Source of the DNA: Octopus vulgaris
Lineage: Eukaryota
Direction of reading: 5' to 3'
DNA: 64,000 bases
Assembly (NCBI GenBank): GCA_951406725.2
Contig: OX597817.1
Coordinates: 160,518,001-160,582,000, forward strand
Shown: one piece after another, positions 55,503 through 64,000 of the stretch
Layout of the letters: the number at the start of each line of letters is the position of its first letter
Numbering within the stretch: position 1 is the first letter of the stretch
Made by a program: the position numbers and the translations under genes
The notes under the pieces: model-generated
Databases searched by the model: none
Told to the model about the DNA's origin: nothing
The model's input: the letters and a program-made list of their open reading frames with translations, nothing else

Positions 55503-55747
55503 ACAGATACACAACCACAAACACACATAGATACATATATAAACTCATACACACATGCACAAAGATGTATATACACATATATATATATATATACATACAT
55601 ATATACATATATACCCACACAGATACATATATAAACTCATACACACACATGCACAACCATGTGTATATATATACATATATATATTTATATATATATATAT
55701 ATAAACACACACACAGCCATATATAAATAAACACACGCACATAACCA

Positions 55748-55790
<43 letters not shown>

Positions 55791-56439
55791 GCACACACAC
55801 AAACGCGCGCGGGCGCACACACTCGCACACGCAAACACACATCTTAGTCCACATGTCCTTATGGCTACAGCTTTAGCTTTCATTGGTGGTATCTCACTCA
55901 CGCTGCACACTTATTCACCCTTCCCTTTTCTATCTCTCCACATTCACACACACACACACGCACACACGCACACACGTACACACGTACACACAGACGGCTG
56001 CTTCGCTTTCATATATATACTCCCATTGCAGCACCTCTCTCTCTCTCTCTCTCTCTCGCCCATGCGCTGTCGCAGCCACGCTGCACATATGCCCACCTTT
56101 CTTCTCAACTGTCAGCAGTGAGCTGCAAGCTAAGAAAAAAAAAGGAAAAATTGCAAGTTGGCTCATTAAAGTACATGTGACATAAAATGACACACACACA
56201 CACTTACACATACACATACGCTGAGGCACATACACACACACAGACACACTGGCGTACACACGAACACACACACACACACACACACACACTTACACATGCG
56301 CGCACCTTGTTATGTACGCCAGTGTAAAGTAGGACGACGTTATAACACTGCAACTGTGTTTATTGTCGTCGTACCATCGCCAATACTTGAAGCAGCTTGC
56401 AACTGTGGCCATAGAGGATGTGTGCGTGTGTGTGCCTGT

Positions 56440-57388
56440 GTGTGTGTGTGTGTGTGTGAGTGTGGGAGAGAGAGAGAGAGAGTGAGAGAGTGAAAGGAAT
56501 ATGAGGGAATGGAGTTGTGAGAGAGAGAAACAGTGTGTGAGGAAGGGAGTTTGCGTGTGTGTGCGTCGAAGTGCGATAGATATATGTACGTGAGTGTGTG
56601 TCTGTGTGTGTGTGCGTGTGTGTGTGTATGAGTGTGTGTGTGTAAGAGAGAAGAGATAGAGAGAGAGGAGGGAGGAGAGGGGAGAAAAGAAAGAGAGGGT
56701 GACTCTGTGTGTGTGTGTGAGTGTAAGAGAGAAGAGATAGAAAGAGAGGAGGGAGGAGAGGGGAGAAAAGAAAGAGAGGGTGACTCTGTGTGTGTGTGTG
56801 TGTGTGAGTGTGTGTGTAGGAGAGAGAGAGAGAGAGAGAGAGAGAGGAGGGAGGAGAGGGGAGAAAAGAAAGAGAGGGTGACTGTGTGTGTGTGTGTGTG
56901 AGAGTGTGTGGTGTAAGAGAGAAGAGATAGAGAGAGAGAGAGAGAGAGGAGGGAGAAGGAGAGGGGAGAAAAGAAAGAGAGGGTGACTCTGTGTGTGTGT
57001 GTGTGTGAAAGAATGTGAGTGAAAAGAGTAAAAAAGAAAGTGAAAGAAAGGGAGTGTATGTGTGTGTGTGTGAGCGTGTGTGTGTGAGCGTGTGTGTGTA
57101 TGTGTACGTATAAGCGAGAAGGAATGTGCGTGTATGAGAAAATGAGTGCGTGCTTGTGTGAGAGAGAGGAGAATGCGTGTGTGTGTGAGAGAGAGAGAGG
57201 AGGAGTGAGAGAGACTGAGAGTGAGAGAGAGGAGAATGTGTGTGTGAGAAGAGAATGTGTGTGTGTGTGAGAGAGAGAGAGGAGGAGTGAGAGAGAGGAG
57301 AATGTGTGTGTGAAAGAGAATGTGTGTGTGTGTGTGAGAGAGAGAGAGGAAGAGTGAGAGAGAGGAGAATGTGTCTATGAGAAGAGAA

Positions 57389-57424
<36 letters not shown>

Positions 57425-57463
57425 GAGGAGTGAGAGAGAGGAGAATGTGTGTGTGAGAAGAGA

Positions 57464-57497
<34 letters not shown>

Positions 57498-57526
57498 GAG
57501 TGAGAGAGAGAGAGAGAGAGAGAGAA

Positions 57527-57572
<46 letters not shown>

Positions 57573-57624
57573 ATGTGTGTGTGAGAAGAGAATGTGTGTG
57601 TGTGAGAGAGAGAGAGAGAGAGGA

Positions 57625-57656
<32 letters not shown>

Positions 57657-57680
57657 CATGTGTGAAAGAGAGAGAGAAAA
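56440..57680. repeat. Compound (GA)n/(GT)n tract with higher-order units
   Basis: GGAGAGGGGAGAAAAGAAAGAGAGGGTGACT four times; GAGGAGAATGTGTGTGTGAGAAGAGAATG repeated. Confidence 0.9.
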
Positions 57681-58177
57681 AGCTAGTATATGTAAGCGGT
57701 AGGAGAAAGTGTGTGTGTATGTGTGTGAAATAGGGAACGAGTGTGCATGTGTGAGTTGTATGTTTGTGTGTTTGCGCGTATGTGTGCGCTTGTGTATGTG
57801 TATGCATGTGTGTGTGTGTGTTTGTATGCGAGCGTGTGTGTGCGTGCATGTCTGTGCGTGTGATTGAGTGAGAAAGGAAAAAAAATAATAAAAAGAGGCA
57901 TTTTATTTGATTGTCAACTATATAAAATGACAAAATCATATACACAAGCTGAAAGAATGCCAAACAATCGGGCAAAACATTCTTTGACTCTCAGCTAGAA
58001 AAGTCTTCTAAGGACGTTCGTTGCTTTTATTTTTTCTTTGGCGGGGGGGAGGTTGGGATGGGGGAGGGGGCGGCTTATTTTTGTTGTTTTTTTTTAAAAT
58101 TTATTATTTCATTATTATTAATATCAATAGAAATATAAAACGACACAATGTGCAATATAAATTTATATGTTTGTTGA

Positions 58178-58455
58178 AGGGGCGTGGCCTAGTGGTTTAG
58201 AGTGTTGCACTCGCGATCGCTAGGTTGCGGGTTCGATTTCCGGAACGAGTGACGCATTGTGTTATCTTCAGCAAGACACTTTCGTTTCAGCCGTAAATGG
58301 GTAACCATGCGACGGACTAGCCTTCCGATCAGGGATGGGAGATGTAGTGGCTGTTCGCCTAACCAGCAAGATGGCATCATTCGGAAACTAAAACGATGCA
58401 AAGCGCATTGTGACCAGCGGTGTATAACAACATCCGATAACCTGGTCAATCACGT
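58178..58455 (+). mobile_element. Family B head with A2 tail
   Basis: GGCGTGGCCTAGTGG..GCAAGACACTT, then GCGCATTGTGACCAGCG..AACATC. Confidence 0.7.
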
Positions 58456-58514
58456 ATAAAATGTGCGTGTGTACGTGTGTGTGTGTGTGTGTGTATGTAT
58501 ATATATATATATAT

Positions 58515-58795
58515 GGGAGACCCCCTTCGGTCATGAATGACTATGGCATTGCACCTAGAAAGTTACCCTCCGAGGTACAAGTCCAGGCAAGGTTGTTTAT
58601 GGAAGGCCAGCAGTCGCCCATGCATACCAGCCTCCCCTCTCAAAGCCACTGATGTTGTCCAAGGGAAAGACAAAGGTCGATACAGCTTGGCACCAGTGAT
58701 GTCGCAACTCATTTCTACAGTTGAGTTAACTGGAGCAACGGGAAATAAAGTGTCTTGCTCAAGAACACAACACGCAGCCCGGTCCGGGACAACCT
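58515..58795 (-). mobile_element. Family B SINE, 5'-truncated, with the GACCGAAGGGGGTCT tail
   Basis: Central GTGTTCTTGAGCAAGACACTT. Confidence 0.75.
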
Positions 58796-59126
58796 CACTG
58801 ATGATTTGCTTATAAGGATCAAAATGTTTGTGTACACATAAGCTAATTCCCTCCATCAAATCGACAATACCTCTACAGGTGCACCATGAACCACATGTCA
58901 GATGAGGACATGATCGCAGAGCAACGTTAAATGCATTGCTCAGGAACACAACGTAACGCTCGGTTCGGGTGACTAAAACTAACAAGTATGCGCTCTGACA
59001 GCTCGAATTTGAACTGCAGTTGAACATGACTTTCTGACCGCCTATAAGTGACATCCCCTTGAGCCGGTAGGTATAGAGTAAAGCAGAAATGAAATAGCAA
59101 ACAGTTTGGCAAGATTTAATAAGACA

Positions 59127-59358
59127 AAGGCGGCGAGCTGGCAGAAACGTTAGCACGCCGGGCGAAACGCTTTGCGGTATTTCGTCTGCCGCTACGTTCT
59201 GAGTTCAAATTCCGCCGAAGTCGACTTTGCCTTTCATCCTTTCGGGGTCGATTAAATAAGTACCAGTTACGCACTGGGGTCGATATAATCAGCTTAATCC
59301 GTTTGTCTGTCCTTGTTTGTCCCCTCTGTGTGTAGCACCTTGTGGGCAATAAAGAAAT
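59127..59358 (+). mobile_element. SINE family C
   Basis: 16-bp TSD AAGATTTAATAAGACA at 59111-59126 and 59359-59374. Confidence 0.92.
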
Positions 59359-59411
59359 AAGATTTAATAAGACATTTAATTTAGTTATATAATAAAAAAA
59401 CATCTACATAG

Positions 59412-59494
59412 TCTCTAACAGCTGTTTCTAGACTATCCCAGCTATTGCAACATTGTATCGATTCCATAAGCTGAATAATCCGTCATCGGAGAGA
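59412..59494 (-). ncRNA. Hammerhead-like motif, U4C variant, long stem II
   Basis: UCUCU-CCGAUGA-CGGAUUAUUCAGCU..AGCUGGGAUAGUCUA-GAAAC-AGCU-GUU-AGAGA. Confidence 0.6.
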
Positions 59495-59781
59495 GATGGG
59501 TTAAAGACATTCCTCATCAATGATAACATTGTGGTTCATTTTGTATAGAAAGGTGGGGCGAGAAATTCTATTAAAAATCCAATTAAAATAGGTATTTATT
59601 AGGTAAATCCATGAACAGAACTGGTAATGTCTGTTAGTAGAATCATAGCAATTCATGGTGAAGGAAAATGGATGTTAGCAGTTCCAATGTTGGATAAACA
59701 ATTGTAAGCCTTTCTATTATGTAGCTAAATTAATTGTACTTGTCAAGTCTTACCAAACTGTTTGCTTTTTCATTTCTGCTT

Positions 59782-59847
<66 letters not shown>

Positions 59848-59850
59848 ATA

Positions 59851-59880
<30 letters not shown>

Positions 59881-59883
<3 letters not shown>

Positions 59884-60060
59884 AGTGGCTGTGTGGTAAG
59901 TAGCTTGCTTACTAACCACATGTTTCTGGGTTCAGTCCCACTGCGTGGCACCTTGGGCAAGTGTCTTCTACTATAGCCTCGGGCCGACCAAAGCCTTGTG
60001 AGTGGATTTGGTAGACAGAAACTGAAAGAAGCCCGTCGTATATATGTATGTATGTGTATG

Positions 60061-60148
<88 letters not shown>

Positions 60149-60415
60149 CACACACACATATATATATATATATGTATGTGTGTGAATATGTTTGTGTCTG
60201 TGTTTGCCCCCCCCCCCCCCAACATCACTTGACAATCGATGCTGGTGTGTTTACGTCCCCCGTAACTTAGCTGTTCGGCCAAAGAGACCGATAGAATAAG
60301 TACTAGGCTTACAAAGAATAAGTCCTGGGGTCGATTTGTTCGACAAAAGGCGGTGCTCCGGCATGGCCGCAGTCAAATGACTGAAACAAGTAAAAGAGTA
60401 GAAAGAGTAAAAGAG
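59881..60415 (+). mobile_element. SINE family D
   Basis: Full length. Confidence 0.9.
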
Positions 60416-60505
60416 ATATATATGTATGTATATGTTCGATTCTTTGTAGCGACTGCTGGTCACTTTTTTTCCGTCTTATTAGGGCATTTTTACTCGATCG
60501 CCTAT

Positions 60506-60882
60506 GGGAAGCACTCCGTCGGTTACGACGACGAGGATTCCGGTTGATCCGAATCAACGGAACAGCCTGCTCGTGAAATTAACGTGTAAGTGGCTGAGCA
60601 CTCCACAGACACGTGTACCCTTAACGTAGTTCTCGGAGATATTCAGCGTGACGCAGAGAGTGACAAGGCCGGCCCTTTGAAATACAAGTACAACAGAAAC
60701 AGGAAGTAAGAGTGAGAGAAAGTTGTGGCGAAAGAGTACAGCAGGGATCACCACCATCCCCTGCCGGAGCCCCGTGGAGCTTTAGGTGTTTTCGCTCAAT
60801 AAACACTCACAACGCCCGGTCTGGGAATCGAAACCGCGATCCTATCACCGCGAGTCCGCTGCCCTAACTACTGGGCCATTGC
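60506..60882 (-). mobile_element. SINE family A1
   Basis: Missing only the first ~7 nt. Confidence 0.9.
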
Positions 60883-61069
60883 TGACGTTGCTATTTTCAT
60901 TTTTACATATTTAAAAAAAAAATTTTCTAATGTGCACACAAGCGCGTGCACGTACACAAGCACACACACACACACACACACACACATTACAGAATTCGAA
61001 ATTTCTGTAGCTACATGCTGGCCATTTTTTTTCCGTTTTATTAGGGCATTTTTACCCGATCTTGTAAGC

Positions 61070-61356
61070 CAGTAGTTCCCAAATTTTTTTCAGGCTGCCG
61101 CTCCCTTGGCAATCAGGTCACATTCCTAACAAACCCCTCACACTTCCCACCACAAATATACACCTCTTTCTGCAGCAAATTCAAAATAACTTTATTTCAC
61201 AAATACAACTTAAACTTAATTAACCTATTAATATATTTATTTTTATTTTTACATATATCACCCCATTTTGGCTACCCCATTATCATCCTCATTTCTTCAA
61301 TGATCCCTTGGATATTTCCACCAAGGGTGCAGTACTGGCCTCTTTGAGAACCACTT
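61070..61356. mobile_element. hAT-type MITE
   Basis: Ends CAGTAGTTCCCAAA and TTTGAGAACCACTT; TSD TTGTAAGC/TTCTAAGC. Confidence 0.7.
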
Positions 61357-61685
61357 TTCTAAGCTGTTTTCACAGCTATTCAACTACGTTCAACATTTCC
61401 TCGAGTTATATATATATATATATATAATATATTAATAAATAAAATAAAACATATGCATATATATAAACATATATGTACTACCTACTCTACATGTACATAT
61501 ACACGCATATATGAGTACAGGACACCAAAAGGACGTCGAACACAATGAGAAACGAAAACATAGACACAAACCAAAGGAACTGGACATTTATTTAAAAACA
61601 GCAAAAAAATAGAGTACAGGACAATTAACACAAAGAAAAACCCCTTCTTCAGTCGCTAAAGATTTCATCTACTCTACGTTTCGAA

Positions 61686-61719
<34 letters not shown>

Positions 61720-61776
61720 CGGAGATGTACTTGCATAGTAAGTGACCTGATCTGAGATCGTGTGCTGAAATAAAAA

Positions 61777-62023
61777 CAATTGCAGCGTGGAAGGTGTTTA
61801 TAAGCCATTTAAAACACACAAAAACCGTTAGATTCACTTCAACATTTAAATTTAGTTTGTCAAAATATTTTCATCGCTTAGAAGTACTGTATTTTGTGAG
61901 TGAACAGGTTGCGGTTTCAAAGCGACGAAAATATTTTGACAAATTAAATTGAAATGTTGAAGTGAATTAAACGGTTTTGTGTGTTTTTAAATAGCTTATA
62001 AACACCTAACATGCTGCAATTGT
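61777..62023. repeat. Inverted repeat (~100-bp arms) between (TA)n tracts
   Basis: 61777-61879 versus 61920-62023; the upstream part resembles 37513-37592 reversed. Confidence 0.85.
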
Positions 62024-62035
62024 GTGTATATATAT

Positions 62036-62226
<191 letters not shown>

Positions 62227-63059
62227 TATATATATATGTATATACAAAATAAAATACAAAATGGGACAAGAACGCAAAACATCCGGACAACTAGGTGATA
62301 CAAAAAGGGACAACAAAACATCCAGATACAAAAAAAACAAGGACGGGTCATTCGAAGCCTTTTATCTTCAGTCAATAACCGGATCATCCTCACAATTTCG
62401 GCTGATTAATCTTGAGATTGCTCCAATCTGGCCAGCCCCAAGGAAAAACTAAGCTAAGAGCTTTAGATTCCTTGGGAAAAGGATCGAATGTATACGAAAA
62501 CAAGGACGGAAAAAACAGACGATGTTACACGAATATAAATAAAAAAAAGTACAATAAAAATAACAATAATAATAATAATAACAGGACATAACAACAGGCG
62601 TCTTTCGACTGGGGACGAATTACCAAATTCAGCTGGCGTGTGTGGAAATGAAGCCTTTCGGTAGAGGGAAGAATATCGATGTGGCATGCTAGCCCATTTG
62701 CAGTGACAGTGATGTGGCAGTGACCGTGGTCAGATGCAAATGGGCTAGCATGCCACATCAGCCTCTACCGTACGCTTCTTTCCACACATCTTCAGTTACA
62801 TCTTTTAGATGTTTCAATCTACAAACCATTTAAAGCAGTGATCCATTTTGTGAAGGGATCCACTGATAACTTAGATCTCATTGCATAAAATTCCAGTGAT
62901 GCAATAATATTGGATGATACTTATACAAATCAAGAAAGAAAAAGGTTATGCAATTACTGAGTTTCCGATTTATCTTCCGAAGACGATGATTTTCTAGGAT
63001 TTTTTTAAACATAGAATGGCTATGAGGGACCGTCCACCTGAATAAAATGGGATTCAAAG

Positions 63060-63199
63060 GGGTAAGTAGGTTGCTTACCAACCACGTACTTCCGGATTTA
63101 GTCCCACTGCATGGCACCTTGGGAAAGTGTCTTCTACTATAGCCTCGGGCCGACCAAAGCCTTGAGTGAATTTGGTGACGGAAACTGAAAGCAGCTCGT

Positions 63200-63292
<93 letters not shown>

Positions 63293-63494
63293 CAATATGT
63301 GACTGCGGGTATCGTTGGCGATTTTCTTTCTCCGTTTTTCCTTCTTTGGTCTTTTTCTATATTTCTGATGAAGAGCTCCGCTCGAAACATGAAATCCATT
63401 TTTTTTTCTTTCCTTTCCTGAGCGTCCAATAACACTGTACTTATTCCACGTCCTCGAGTTGTTGTTTTTTCTTCCTTGTTCATATTTAGATTGA

Positions 63495-63543
<49 letters not shown>

Positions 63544-63785
63544 TGTGTGTGTGCGGGCGTGCGTGTATGTTTGTGTGTCTGTGTTTGTTTCCTCAACATC
63601 GCTTGACAACCGATATTGGTGCGTTTACGTCCCCCTACCTTAGCGGTTTTGGCAAAAGCAACCGATATAATAAGTACTAGACTTAAAAAGAATTAGCCCC
63701 GGGAGCGATTTGCTCGACTAAAGGCAGTGCTCCAGCATAGCTGCAGTCAAATGACTGAAACAAGTAAAATAATAAAAGAATAAAA
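63060..63785 (+). mobile_element. SINE family D with a hammerhead-bearing insert (63292-63500) in its (TA)n
   Basis: D 5' and 3' halves flank the insert; AUUU-CUGAUGA-A-GAGC-UCC-GCUC-GAAAC-AUG-AAAU at 63361-63395. Confidence 0.8.
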
Positions 63786-63855
<70 letters not shown>

Positions 63856-64000
63856 TTGGCCAAAAGTCACCTAACAGTAAATCAAAACCCCATTTAATTC
63901 CAAGGTTAAAACATAAATATTTTATATGAGACTTCGCTAATAAATAGGCAAATGTTAAAAAAAATAGAAAAAAAACTCGGTGATTTTAACTCACAGCATT

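Overview
This is AT-rich, microsatellite-saturated eukaryotic DNA with no recognisable host exon; most ORFs in the track are microsatellite translations. The repeat set looks like an octopus or other coleoid cephalopod genome (my recognition, not a database result). It contains: four tRNA-head SINE families (working labels A-D), many with clean target-site duplications (TSDs) and nesting; 3' fragments of CR1/L2-group, RTE and Tx1-type LINEs; a mariner transposase remnant; a non-autonomous Helitron; hAT- and piggyBac-type MITEs; two related GGATCTTT-terminated elements carrying TTAGGG repeats; and three satellites. The main unexplained signal is a set of about 8 minimal hammerhead ribozyme (HHR) motifs. 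One is fully intact (4749-4812, minus strand). They sit in short non-coding elements with direct or inverted repeats beside (TA)n tracts, which suggests a Penelope- or retrozyme-like self-cleaving RNA system, including a recurrent U4C variant class. Other highlights: a SINE and a LINE sharing a 3' end, a tRNA-head/LINE-tail chimera, SINE heads and tails in several combinations, a minisatellite grown from LINE coding sequence, and a Tx1 element inserted in (TATC)n. All structures were read by eye; ends of degenerate copies are approximate.
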